Assembly (NCBI GenBank): GCA_040903745.1
Contig: JBBDUV010000080.1
Location: 5,560-69,559 of the forward strand
Direction of reading: 5' to 3'
Source of the DNA: Bacteroidales bacterium
GTDB taxonomy: Bacteria; Bacteroidota; Bacteroidia; Bacteroidales; GCA-2748055
Length of the DNA: 64,000 bases
Below are positions 20,663 to 31,500 of this stretch, piece after piece. The first letter of the stretch is position 1. Every line of letters starts with the position of its first letter. The position numbers were made by a program, and so were the translations under genes. The notes beneath the pieces are model-generated. The model ran no database searches. It saw nothing but the letters and a program-made list of their open reading frames with translations, and was not told where the DNA came from.

Positions 20663-20823
20663 CTGTTTATATTTTTTAAGTTGCTGATTACCTGTTGGAT
20701 CAATATTGCTTTCATTAAACTTCCAGGCTACCCGCATAGTTTGCCCCGCTTTGGCGGGGGAACTCGCCATATAAACATTTGTCTGTGTGTGAAATGTATT
20801 TAACATGGCTCGTTTCATATTCC

Positions 20824-22701
20824 TTATTTATTGGAATTTTCTGTTTGTGTCAGTTTATTGTAACCTACAATGACAGCCCAATCATCTGTTGGAGTTGAAG
20901 GTGCCCGGCCAATATTTTGAGAGCCGGAACCTCTGATTCTTTTTTTAGTTCCATTTTGCAAAGCACCTCCGGTACGCGGATTGTACCATTTGATAACCAG
21001 GTTAACTTTTTTTGAACCTACATCAAGATCGGCTGTGCCTCCATCTTTAAGGTACACAACATATACTTGTCCTTCCTTGGCAAGCGCCCAGTTATTATTG
21101 GTCACTTTTTCAGGTGCACTTTTCATCTCCCATACGGGTATATTGTTGTTTTTAAAAAATTCAAGGACGTAGCGGGCATGATTAAAAAACTTGTCGCGAC
21201 ATCGAAAATCCTGCAGGTTCATGTCGGAATTTGGATATTTATAACCAAAATACCATTCATTTCCCCAACCACCTGCCATGAAAGTTCCCCACATTGCATT
21301 CTTTCGGGCATTTTCTTGCGTATTGCCAGGTGCTATAGGGGATGCGCCATCATGTGGAACCCCTTCAGACCCCTTGCCTTGTTCATCAGAGGCCACAGCC
21401 CAGGGCCTCCCAGATGCTGCAGATTTGTCGATAATTTCCTTAATCTTAGGATAGGTATCGCTAAAATCGGATTGATTGCCTTGATGGGACCAGCCTGTTA
21501 GTTTGGATTGATTTCCATACATGTCATCCGGACGTTGACCATTGTGCATGACAATGTGTTTTTTGTATGGGTCATTATCGAAGAAGTATTGAGCCATTGC
21601 TCTTCTTTGTGCCGAACTTTGAGCGGTGCCATCCTCAACATTATGGTCAGACCATACACCATTTTCCTCACCAAGGTTCCAGTTAAGGGCCGGGTGGTGG
21701 CTGAAACGAGCAATCAACTCGCGGTAATATAGTTTGCGAAGCACCCCGGTATCTCCTTTATCTAAGAGAGTTTCATTTTCGCATTCTTGTGTTTTAAAAT
21801 GAAGGAAGAAGCCTTTATTGGTACCATGTTCAAAAACAATTTCCCATTGATCCATACGCGATACATCAATACGATCGTAGGTTCGGTATGCGATATAGGG
21901 GAATACATTTTGATCATCGCCATCAATATTAAATGTCAGGAAACTAAAAGAGTTTAAACCTTTACTTTCCAAATAATTCACTGCACCGATAATACCTTTG
22001 CCTTTACCTCCTGCCCATGTGGGATCACCTGGCTTCCAATCGGCAATGTGTGGTTCATACGTTTTGACACCTTTATCTTTATTACCGTCTGTTTTAAAGT
22101 CGCCGTCAAAATCAGCATAGGCAAGAAAGTTTTCGGGTGAATCGGGGCCCTGCTTAAGAAAGTATTCTCCATTGCCCTTAAATCTTAGAAAATGTCCGCC
22201 CACATATTCAAGCCAACCTTTGGCGCGCATATCTCTTCCCGTTTTATCGGTTGGGCCAATCCGGAAATTGCCTGTTTCCCCATCCATAAAGCCGGCACTT
22301 ACACCGGCAGTGGGAGAAGATTCAGCATGAATATTTGTTCCGCTTCTGAAGGAAACAGTGTAATTCCAAACGCCTGTGGCTGGGGGCGAAAAATGAACAC
22401 GCCACTTATTTCCGCTGACAGCATCTGAATTGGCTGCCTCTCCATCAGCAGCGAAATAGCCGGGTACGAGGTACGAAGCATCGCCTTGTGTAAAAGTTAC
22501 ATTCAAACGGTAATTGGTAAATGGATTGGGATTTGCAGTTTCGCTAGTATTCGGACCATCGAAGGTTAGGGTTACCTTGTGCCACATTTTCAGTTCTCCG
22601 CTAATTTCAGCGTTACTCTCTTCTGCTGCATTTGCAGCTAACATTATATTGGTTGTTAAAACCAATAATGTTACTAACTTCCAAAAAATAATTTTCTTCA
22701 T
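20824..22701 (-). CDS. DUF5060-like Ig domain + GH5-like TIM barrel + C-terminal beta-sandwich putative glycoside hydrolase
   Basis: 625 aa with a signal peptide. Contains ISGELKMWHKVTLTFDGP...YLVPGYFAADGEAANSDAVSGNKWRVHF. The C-terminus YVVYLKDGGTADLDVG...WYNPRTGG is typical of this architecture. Confidence 0.65.
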   Translation of the reverse strand: MKKIIFWKLVTLLVLTTNIMLAANAAEESNAEISGELKMWHKVTLTFDGPNTSETANPNPFTNYRLNVTFTQGDASYLVPGYFAADGEAANSDAVSGNKWRVHFSPPATGVWNYTVSFRSGTNIHAESSPTAGVSAGFMDGETGNFRIGPTDKTGRDMRAKGWLEYVGGHFLRFKGNGEYFLKQGPDSPENFLAYADFDGDFKTDGNKDKGVKTYEPHIADWKPGDPTWAGGKGKGIIGAVNYLESKGLNSFSFLTFNIDGDDQNVFPYIAYRTYDRIDVSRMDQWEIVFEHGTNKGFFLHFKTQECENETLLDKGDTGVLRKLYYRELIARFSHHPALNWNLGEENGVWSDHNVEDGTAQSSAQRRAMAQYFFDNDPYKKHIVMHNGQRPDDMYGNQSKLTGWSHQGNQSDFSDTYPKIKEIIDKSAASGRPWAVASDEQGKGSEGVPHDGASPIAPGNTQENARKNAMWGTFMAGGWGNEWYFGYKYPNSDMNLQDFRCRDKFFNHARYVLEFFKNNNIPVWEMKSAPEKVTNNNWALAKEGQVYVVYLKDGGTADLDVGSKKVNLVIKWYNPRTGGALQNGTKKRIRGSGSQNIGRAPSTPTDDWAVIVGYNKLTQTENSNK

Positions 22702-22731
22702 AATACTTGATTTTATTATTAATACTTGATT

Positions 22732-23133
22732 TTATTCAGATCGAATCAATGAATCAGCAGAGGGAATTCCTGTGCCACCAACATAATGGTAATCGTCGAG
22801 AACGTATTTGGTCATATTGTTGCTGATAGTCTTGTATGCCAAGTCCATAGGAATCCCACTTAAATTTGCCCGCACCTCCCTGTCTTCTTCATGGAAGTTT
22901 TCACCGGCATGTACGATAAATCCCTTTACCAATGGAAATTCCTTCAGGAAATGGGCTATTGTCTTACGAATATATGCAATTGTTTCTTTAGAAATTGTTT
23001 TTCCCTCAAGGCCATACTTACCATCAGCACCTGCTAAATGAATGTTCCAGGTGGTCCAGTACACCTGAATACCTCTGTCGGCTGCCATTTTGTGTACCTT
23101 TTTCCAATATGCTGCTTTCTCTTCTATCGACAT
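22732..23133 (-). pseudogene. Truncated, internally deleted module-B fragment
   Basis: 133 aa. MSIEEKAAYWKKV...WTTWNIHLAGADGKYGL...PLVKGFIVHAGENF aligns to the middle of module B (compare MTIDEKIKFWQDV...FTWNIYVYGADGKHGI...GITAGENL). The last ~20 aa, LDDYHYVGGTGIPSAD, match the extreme C-terminus of 43338..45533 (LKEYTDLGGTGIPSVD). Confidence 0.7.
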
Positions 23134-23172
23134 TTTTCTATTATTATCATTTCTGCAGTTTAAAACAGGACA

Positions 23173-24948
23173 TTAATTCTTTTGTGTTATAATTTCTATA
23201 AGATGAAAAACAATGGCTTCGTTCTCCGAAATATTTTCAATAATAATATCGGAGGATTTAGCTCCTGAATTACTGAATTTTGCATCGGGTATTTCAATCG
23301 TCTTTTCTTTCCATTCTCCTGAATTACTGTTTAAATTTGTAAATGCTATCGCTTCAGGAGAATCTGTTCCGTTATATTTTATCTGCCATTTTGCTGTGCC
23401 TTCATCCAACCAGACTAATCGTAATGCTATTGCTCCATCAAACTTACATTCGTCGTTTACATCGAAGTAAAACCTATTTCCTTTTTTTGAATCGGTAGAG
23501 CGGGCAAACCGGCTGTAAACGCTTTTCTCAGGCCCTTTATGCCACCAGCCATAACTGGTGCTTTCAGAATCAATCTGTGTGATAAACCGCTGATAATTTC
23601 CATCAAGAATTTCCCAACCTACATCGTTGTAATCCTGGCGTTTCCTGTTTATCATTCCGGCATTAGTCATGCTTGCCTGGGCAACCGTATCAGACTCATC
23701 TGCATCTCCCAATATTTGCAAATCAACAATTCCGGCAGCCTTTTCAGGGTCACCCTGTTTTGCTCCATATTCTTTAAAAGCCTCTGCAATTTTCACGTAC
23801 CTGCTTACATTGTGCATTTCGGCTTTCCCAAATTGTTCTTCCGGATAATTTACAATATCCGATGCATCCAATCCTTTTCGCAATGCACAAAAAGCAGCTT
23901 TTGCAGTTTTGGGATTTTGCTCATTCGCATACCGGTTAAAAAACTCCATTGCATCTTTCATCCTGGCCCCTTTGCTTGCCTTTATAGGTACATTCCACAT
24001 GCTTAACCCGTTGTGGGTAGTATAAATAGCAGTCCAGTAAAATGCCTGTTCCGGGTTTTGAGTACTCCAACCGTAAATTTCCCACTCTCTGTCTTGTTCT
24101 CCCCGTGAAAAGAATTGACGGTTATTCTCTGCCAATTTTTGTTTAAAATCATTCCAGTTGGCTAACCTGGTTTTTCCAAAACTGATGTGGTAGCCATGGC
24201 TAAACATCCCGTTTTTCAGGCCAACAACCTCCATGTTGTTTAGCAACCACTCATACTCTTCATCCGTACAAGAATCATAGTTTACAAGGACGGGGACACT
24301 ATTTTCCCCGTTAATACTTAAAGCGTCTGTATACCTTTTCCATGTTGCAAATCGAAATGAAGTCCATTCATCCCTATTTATGTCATATCTTAAATCCAGG
24401 GGTTTGCCTTTGTAAGGCCAACCATCGCCTGTACTCCCTTCAGCTGATTGAACAAACACCAGGCGCTTTCTTACATCTTCAGGCAAATCTAAAATGTATT
24501 CTCCAAGATGATCAATCATTCTGAAAAAGAATTTTTTATAATCTTCATCAAGGTAATATGGAAAATTCCATTCTCGAACATTGCCACGTGGGTTAATTGT
24601 TTTTTCCATTTCCAAAAGGGGCACACCACTTTCGTAAATCCATTTAGGTGACATGGGTCCAACCCAGATGGATAACATGGTATAAAAATCTTCTTGATTT
24701 GCGTGTCTTAACTTGTCTCCAATCAGCTTTTCGAATTGATAGTTTCCTGGTTCTGGTTCTAATTCTGACCACCGCAACACAATAGGTGCACCTTTAACGT
24801 ATGGATAGCTCTTCTGGGTAAAATCAGCCTCGTCCCATGGGCTCCCCCAGGTATAGGTGCCCCAAACTCCCTTTCTGAAAAGTTCCTGTGTATTGCCTGC
24901 AAAACAAACAATAAGCAGCAGCGCAGTAACAATTATTTCTTTCTTCAT
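23173..24948 (-). CDS. Uncharacterised module-A protein (GH42-like TIM barrel + C-terminal beta-sandwich), putative glycoside hydrolase
   Basis: 591 aa with a signal peptide. Contains KGAPIVLRWSELEPEPGNYQF, SAEGSTGDGWPYKG, NGMFSHGYHIS, SRGEQD and GLSMWNVP. Homologous to the N-terminal halves of 39387..43247 and 28559..33139. Confidence 0.6.
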   Translation of the reverse strand: MKKEIIVTALLLIVCFAGNTQELFRKGVWGTYTWGSPWDEADFTQKSYPYVKGAPIVLRWSELEPEPGNYQFEKLIGDKLRHANQEDFYTMLSIWVGPMSPKWIYESGVPLLEMEKTINPRGNVREWNFPYYLDEDYKKFFFRMIDHLGEYILDLPEDVRKRLVFVQSAEGSTGDGWPYKGKPLDLRYDINRDEWTSFRFATWKRYTDALSINGENSVPVLVNYDSCTDEEYEWLLNNMEVVGLKNGMFSHGYHISFGKTRLANWNDFKQKLAENNRQFFSRGEQDREWEIYGWSTQNPEQAFYWTAIYTTHNGLSMWNVPIKASKGARMKDAMEFFNRYANEQNPKTAKAAFCALRKGLDASDIVNYPEEQFGKAEMHNVSRYVKIAEAFKEYGAKQGDPEKAAGIVDLQILGDADESDTVAQASMTNAGMINRKRQDYNDVGWEILDGNYQRFITQIDSESTSYGWWHKGPEKSVYSRFARSTDSKKGNRFYFDVNDECKFDGAIALRLVWLDEGTAKWQIKYNGTDSPEAIAFTNLNSNSGEWKEKTIEIPDAKFSNSGAKSSDIIIENISENEAIVFHLIEIITQKN

Positions 24949-24965
24949 TTTTACTTTATTGTTTT

Positions 24966-26417
24966 TTATTGCAGATAAGTTCCCGAATCAAATGTGAAAA
25001 TTTCTGATTCGGTGCGGGCATTTTCCATTATTTCCAACAGTTCTTTTAAAATTTCAGGATACTGTTCAGCCACATTGTTTTCTTCTCCCAAATCAGTTTC
25101 AAGATTGTATAACTCAGTAGTTGTTTTTTCTGAATCGAGCACATCATATTTTACCAGTTTCCAGTTTCCTTTACGCACAGCCTGCCGACCGCCGCGTTCA
25201 TGAAATTCCCAGTACATATATTCGTGTTTTTTCTGTTTATCTTCAATCCCCAAAAGTGTAGGTAAAAATGAAATTCCGTCAATGTTCTCCGGAGTTTTAG
25301 CACCGGTTATTTCAGCAAATGTGGGATACACATCCCAGAATGCGGAAATGTGGTCGGTTTCGCTTCCAGCAGCAATTTTGCCATTCCAAACGGCAATCAT
25401 GGGCACGCGGATACCGCCTTCGTAAAGGTCGCGTTTGTAGCCCCTGAGAGGTCCGTTTGAATCGAAATAGTCGGGGTCGGCGCCTCCCTCTCTGTGCGGG
25501 CCGTTATCGGAAACAAAAATAATGAGGGTATTATCGTAAATACCGAGTTCTTTTAACCTGGTCACAATTTCGCCTACCTGCATATCGAGGTAGTCAATCA
25601 TGGCTGCTGTTGCAGCATGCGATTCGGGTTGTGAACCATAAGGCCCCTTCCGGTAATCTTCGCCGTCGTCAACACCCTCGTAACTGTTTTCGGGTCCAAA
25701 TTTGCCCCGGTATTTTTCCATGTATTCCTCAGGTGCAAACATTTCGGCGTGTGGAATCAATGAAGGGTAAAACAAGAAAAACGGTTTGTCTTTATTGTTT
25801 TCGAGAAATTTCATCGCTTCCGCGTGAATCACTTCCGGTCCGTATTGTTTGGTTTGAAAACCTTCGTTGCCTTCGAGCATAATTTTTTCCTGATTGTCCC
25901 AAAGGTGGTAGGGGTAATAGTGGTGTGCCAGGCGCTGGCAGTTGTAACCAAAAAACTCATCGAATCCCTGGAAGTTGGGATCCCCTTCGGAACCGGGATA
26001 ACCAAGTCCCCACTTACCGAATAATCCGGTAACATAACCGGCATCCTGCAATGCTTCAGCCAGCGTGTAGGCTTCAGCTTCCAGCGGATGTTGGCCTTCG
26101 GGCATTATTTCCTTATTCCCGCGGATATAGGTATGCCCGGTATGCTGACCGGTCAGGAGCGACGAACGCGACGGGGCACATACTGTTGAGCCTGAATAGT
26201 GCTGGGTAAACTTCATTCCGTTTTCAGCCATGTTATCGATGTTAGGTGTGGAAAAAAGTTCCTGCCCGTAACAACTTAAATCGCCGTAGCCCAAATCGTC
26301 GGCCAAAATGTAAACGATGTTGGGTTGGGTTGCTTCAGTACTTTTTTGTTTTGTCTGATTATTACACGATATCAGAAATAAAGTAAAAATGGGTAATAAA
26401 TAAATAAGGTTTTTCAT
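24966..26417 (-). CDS. S1 sulfatase (arylsulfatase A / GalNAc-6-sulfatase-like, lipoprotein)
   Basis: 483 aa. Contains NIVYILADDLGYGDLSCYG...GSTVCAPSRSSLLTGQHTGH. Confidence 0.9.
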   Translation of the reverse strand: MKNLIYLLPIFTLFLISCNNQTKQKSTEATQPNIVYILADDLGYGDLSCYGQELFSTPNIDNMAENGMKFTQHYSGSTVCAPSRSSLLTGQHTGHTYIRGNKEIMPEGQHPLEAEAYTLAEALQDAGYVTGLFGKWGLGYPGSEGDPNFQGFDEFFGYNCQRLAHHYYPYHLWDNQEKIMLEGNEGFQTKQYGPEVIHAEAMKFLENNKDKPFFLFYPSLIPHAEMFAPEEYMEKYRGKFGPENSYEGVDDGEDYRKGPYGSQPESHAATAAMIDYLDMQVGEIVTRLKELGIYDNTLIIFVSDNGPHREGGADPDYFDSNGPLRGYKRDLYEGGIRVPMIAVWNGKIAAGSETDHISAFWDVYPTFAEITGAKTPENIDGISFLPTLLGIEDKQKKHEYMYWEFHERGGRQAVRKGNWKLVKYDVLDSEKTTTELYNLETDLGEENNVAEQYPEILKELLEIMENARTESEIFTFDSGTYLQ

Positions 26418-26506
26418 TTTTTTTTAATTTACATTAACTATTTCATACTATTTATACTATTAAAATTGTTAGTTTTTAGCGGTATCGCATGGAACTCGCA
26501 TGAATT

Positions 26507-28534
26507 TTAATCATTCTCAATTTGGTATTTATAAAATTTAAATGAAGCCGGGTCTTCCATTAAAAATTCAACAAATCCTTCATCATCTGCCTTGATATTT
26601 TTCTTTTCACCGGTCATCAAATCTTCAATTGCGAGCGTTTTTCCTTTTATAAAATGCAATTGAATTCTCTTATTCTTATCCTGATTATCAATTTCCCGGA
26701 ACAATGTCAGGTATCCAAAGTCTTTTCCCGGGTGGTAATTTTGAAATCCTGTCCAGCTATTATCGTTAGCTCTTTCTCCCAATGCAAATACGTAACCCTG
26801 ATACAACTCATTACGATGCGTTTTATAAATGCTGATTATCTCTTTCATGGCTTCCCGGGATTCTGGTGAATATCGCCATGTTTCAGTAAAAAATAAGGGT
26901 GAACTCATCATGGTAATTGCAAATGAATATACATCGCCATAAAGAGATGCATTGGAATATTCGTTGAGCACATGTTCAGTGGTTTGTACATTAAACATCA
27001 TCTGGTTCAGGTTTAAATAAGGCGCAAATAACCATTGATCTTTTAGCACTCTACGGGGTACGTATGCATGTGATGGTGATTTCTTTCTGCCATCCATCTG
27101 CAGTCTTCTGTTTTGAAGAAAAAGGTTCCCGTATTCCCTGTTAAACAAATAACCTACTCTAAGCCCTTTGTGTGTTACATCCCAATTAATTCTGGCTTGA
27201 TGATTACTGTGAATTAACAAGTCTCTCGCATTTTGCGTCAAATCACTGAGCATGTCATAAGTGCTCCATGTACCGATATCAACTTTATAATAAAGGAACC
27301 CGGCATCGTTTAAATGGATTAGTTTGTTTGGCACTTTGTTAACGCCGGAAGCAGTATTCCAAATACCCATTTTGATATTTTCCTGTTTTGCCAACTTCAT
27401 TATATTTTCCCAGCCATCAGGGTAAACAGACGACGAATATTTAAACGTTTTCTCCCGGTCGTCTCTATCTTGCCAGCCCGCATCAATCTGTACAACGTCG
27501 ATTCCCAAATCTGCGCAACTCTCAATTTCCCTGAGAATGTTCTCTTCTCTTGCCCCTTTTACTCCTTGTCCGGCACCCCAAATATTGGTAACCAGCACAA
27601 TATCTTCCTCAGAAACAGGATATCGCATCCTGTCAAACATTTTTATTGCAAGTTGTTTCTCATCCTCTCCACCAGCCCAGCTAATTCGCCAGTTTGCCCA
27701 ACAAGGTATATAGTATTCCCTATCTACATAAGCCAATGAAGCTCCCCATCCTGTTGTTTCAATGCCTTTACTGCTATACTCAAACATGCCGGTATTTATG
27801 CCTTCCAGATTGGCTACTTTGTGCGATTCCTTAACTAACCCAACACCTCCTTCATTGTTATACACAAATAAAATATTAGCGGCTTTGTACTCTTCTTCGT
27901 TGCCGAAAAATTCATGCTCATTCAAATCGTCAACTACGAAATCAAGATGGTCATCATTACGGCCGTCATGATCATTCAGGTATCCCACAGCCTGGCGTAC
28001 CAGATTTTCAGATGAAACCGGCAAATAATCGATTCTGTAATTATTCGAACAAGCATTTCCGGGAGCAAAATAACGGCCAATTCCTTTCAGGAATACCTGA
28101 GTTCTTAATCCTGGTGCACCGGGGTATGCCCAAATCTCAAAACGCAAACCTAACTCAGATTCCGGATATTCAATTTCAGCCGTAACCCGGATGTGCTGAC
28201 TGGTAAAATTGTTATCATCGGAAATTTCAGCATCTAAATTGATTAATTGAGCCTCCGCATTTTTAAAGGGAGCGAGATCCCAATCAGCCAGATAGCGAGG
28301 TTTTTTAGTAACCCATTCTTTATCGTCAGCAATATTTTTAAAACCTGTAGTAACAAATCCTACTCCGGTCCATTGCCATTTACCGGTAACCTCCCCGGTA
28401 GATACAATAATCTCATTATTGTGAGTAGCAACAGATGCATTTTTAAAATCTAAATTAACCCCAGGTATTTGTGCATAACTTACATGCACCAAAAATAGCA
28501 TCAATGCCGATAAAACAATTTTAGAATTCTTCAT
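26507..28534 (-). CDS. Clan GH-D (GH36-like) putative alpha-galactosidase
   Basis: 675 aa with a signal peptide. An N-terminal beta domain is followed by GIDVVQIDAGWQ and FLYYKVDIG (a K-x-D nucleophile-type motif). Confidence 0.55.
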   Translation of the reverse strand: MKNSKIVLSALMLFLVHVSYAQIPGVNLDFKNASVATHNNEIIVSTGEVTGKWQWTGVGFVTTGFKNIADDKEWVTKKPRYLADWDLAPFKNAEAQLINLDAEISDDNNFTSQHIRVTAEIEYPESELGLRFEIWAYPGAPGLRTQVFLKGIGRYFAPGNACSNNYRIDYLPVSSENLVRQAVGYLNDHDGRNDDHLDFVVDDLNEHEFFGNEEEYKAANILFVYNNEGGVGLVKESHKVANLEGINTGMFEYSSKGIETTGWGASLAYVDREYYIPCWANWRISWAGGEDEKQLAIKMFDRMRYPVSEEDIVLVTNIWGAGQGVKGAREENILREIESCADLGIDVVQIDAGWQDRDDREKTFKYSSSVYPDGWENIMKLAKQENIKMGIWNTASGVNKVPNKLIHLNDAGFLYYKVDIGTWSTYDMLSDLTQNARDLLIHSNHQARINWDVTHKGLRVGYLFNREYGNLFLQNRRLQMDGRKKSPSHAYVPRRVLKDQWLFAPYLNLNQMMFNVQTTEHVLNEYSNASLYGDVYSFAITMMSSPLFFTETWRYSPESREAMKEIISIYKTHRNELYQGYVFALGERANDNSWTGFQNYHPGKDFGYLTLFREIDNQDKNKRIQLHFIKGKTLAIEDLMTGEKKNIKADDEGFVEFLMEDPASFKFYKYQIEND

Positions 28535-28558
28535 AATTAATTTTTTTTGTTCAACAAC

Positions 28559-31500
28559 CTATTTAAAATAAACCCTCAAATTATCAAAGTGATAATACCT
28601 GGTGCTTGCATTAACATCCGATCTAATAACAAGTTGAAGTGTTTTACCTTTTGCCTCACCAGTTAGTATATTTGTATTTGTTACCGGACCTTTGATTTCT
28701 CCAATCAATTCTTCCCGGCCTCCATCAACAATTTTGTAAAAACGGGCATAATCATCTTCCTCCAGATCGCCTGAAGATTCCACTTCCATACTGATATCAA
28801 CAACACCTCCTGAGATATCTATTTTACCGGTTTTCATGACACCTTCGGTACCGTTATCGTTCAAGGTTAGTTTACCGTCGACAACGTAAAAACGTCCGTT
28901 TACCCTTTCGGAACTCCAAGATGTTACTCCGTTATCGTTCGTAGTCCTTCTTTCTAACTGAAAATTTTCAATCCAGGGAACTGAGTTGTAAGATTGGGCA
29001 TTAAATACATTAACGTTTATACTTGATGCGTCAGTATTACCAAGGTTATCGTATACCACTGCTTCCAAAGTATATTCCCCGGGAGTTGGTTTCTTTAGGA
29101 TGAAACTGTAAGGAAAATCAGAATCGCTGCCGATTAATGCGCCATTGCGAAATAATTCGACCTTCTCAACCGAGCGATTGCCAGACTCTACCACCAGTTC
29201 AACTTTTAAGTTCGTTGAATTAAGGTGAGTTGAATTATCAAACGGTGAGATAAAATCGATCCATGGGTACTGACATGAACAATTCGGTTTCCTGTTTCTA
29301 CCAAAGCTTGTATAATCTTTTAGCGCCTCATCATCCATATCGTGCCAGTCTGAATCTGCAAAGTCCCAGTTTCTTTGCGTATCAACCGGGTAATACAAAC
29401 TATCCATAATAGTGGTATATTTTTCCCAATAACAGTAGGCTGTGCCAATAGCTTCCAATGATTTTGAATTCTTTCCCTGTTTTAAATAAATAGCTGCCCT
29501 GTTTTTATAAGCATTGTATAAACTAAGATTTGACATTGCCTTTAACTCATCTTTTAACAAAAGTAACTCAGTATCTTCACCATGAATGGATTCAAGAAGC
29601 CACAGCGCCCTTTTGGCTTTCGATTCAATGCTGTCGGCAGCAACAAATGCTGAGACTTTGCCTCCACAATTATTTTCGGCAGTTTCGTAAATGCTGCATA
29701 AATTGGACCCTGGCATAGGCCCGGCATATTGTGTCTTTTCAAGTGTGATAAAACCGTTGTATCTGGTGTAAAACTCCGGCCACCACTGAAAATCGAGGTA
29801 CCGTGAAATATTACTTTGCGCAGGAGCACCACTCCCGCCCACTTGCTCATTGGCAATTTGCATAGCCCTGGAAGAGCTGGTCCAGGCTTCAAACAACACA
29901 TCCTCAGGCACCTCAGGATATTTATGTTTGATATCGGCTTTTAATGCTGAAACCGGCGTGTTCGGATCGTATTGAAGTCGTCCCCAAAGTTTATTTAAAT
30001 ACCAGTGCTTTTGAACTTCAAGCGCATTATTGTTTTTAAAATAAGGGTTTTTACTGGTAAAAACGCGTGTAAACACCCAGCCATCCGAACCAAAGAAAGT
30101 ACCTGCTAAAAGTTTATCTTCGGGCATTGCATTCACAAAATCCCTTACAAACTGGTGATCGCCCCAATGAAGAAAATAAAAATCATCGTTGCGTAATTCC
30201 AGCCATGTTTTTACACCTTTTTCTTCAATTTGTTCAAGAAATTGATTTGACCAGTGATCCGGGCTGGCAGTTGAATGGACATGCGCTTTGGCATACTTAT
30301 ACGACACATCAAGAGTTACGTTATCCAAACGGTATAAAGGAGAAAATTTTTCAATGATATCGGTAACGTCTCCCTGATGCTGGCGATGAAAGAAAATCAA
30401 CTCCCTCCCTGGGTTAGCCAATGCATGTTCTTTAAATCCTTCACCATAAGCAGCCCATGTCCAATCAGTTTTATCGGCATTGTTATCATATTTGAGATTT
30501 TCTCCGGCAGTTACGCCAAAACCATCGAGGTCAGGATAGGTTTCTAAAAACTTAACCATGCACTTTTTCAGGTAAGCTTTGGTTGCAGTTTGATCTGCAT
30601 CGTAATCATCGGTCAGTCCGTATTTACCTGCAGCATTCCACAAAAATATGTTCCAGGTACAAAAATGTATTTCAAATCCCCGACTTTTGCCGTATGCCAT
30701 AAACTCCTGCCAGAACTTAACTTTCTCATCAATTGTCATGATTTTGGAAAACCCATCGTACCCTTGCACATCCTGAATGGCAATACCCGGATATTCATCC
30801 TCCATATTTAACATGGAGGTAAAGGGATGGGGATTCCATAAGGAAAGTACATTAAACCGGTAACGAGCCATCTCATCAAAATAATCCTGCCAAAAACTCA
30901 TGTCCCATACATGTTCTATTGCATTTTGATGTGAAGTGCCTCCATTACTGTATTCATAAGTTGGGGCAATTTTATCCAAAGGAATATTGAATTTGATGCC
31001 CCGTTTTTTCACAAAAGGTGCGTTTGATTCGTTGTAGTTTCCTTGAAATCCGCTGGCATTGATTTTTTCTGCAACCTGCAAGGCACCATACATGGCTCCG
31101 TTATTATCGCCGCCGAAAACCCAGTAACTTAAATCCGGATTAGTAGTAGTTCGTAAAGCGTATGCCTGTTCTTCCAAATCATTAAAACCACATCCTCCTT
31201 CATCTTTCAAAAGTTCAGTTATTGCCTTATCATTAGAAAGCGCTATAATTACTTTCTTGCCTTTGAAATCTGCATGATAACTTGTGATATTTTTAATTTC
31301 AACTATGAAATTTCTCTGCTCTAAAGCTGCTTTTATGTCCTTTGCTGCAAAATCAATTTGTGGAATACTTTTGTTGTAATAAATGTTAACAGTTTTAGGG
31401 AAAGTTTGGGTGCCGGATGCGTCCAGCCCCCGATAGAATGGGTAAAATTCTCCTTTTGCATTTTCAGGAATTACTTTTCTAACGGCACCTAATTGCCCGG

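Noticed and set aside
20663-20818. A 52-aa N-terminal extension of sulfatase ORF 19223..20818
   Set aside because: The extension (MKRAMLNTFHTQTNVYMASSPAKAG...) has no signal peptide, while the internal Met at 20662 starts a canonical one (MKKLKLHLFVFSLLTLVLF). The extension is probably untranslated spacer.
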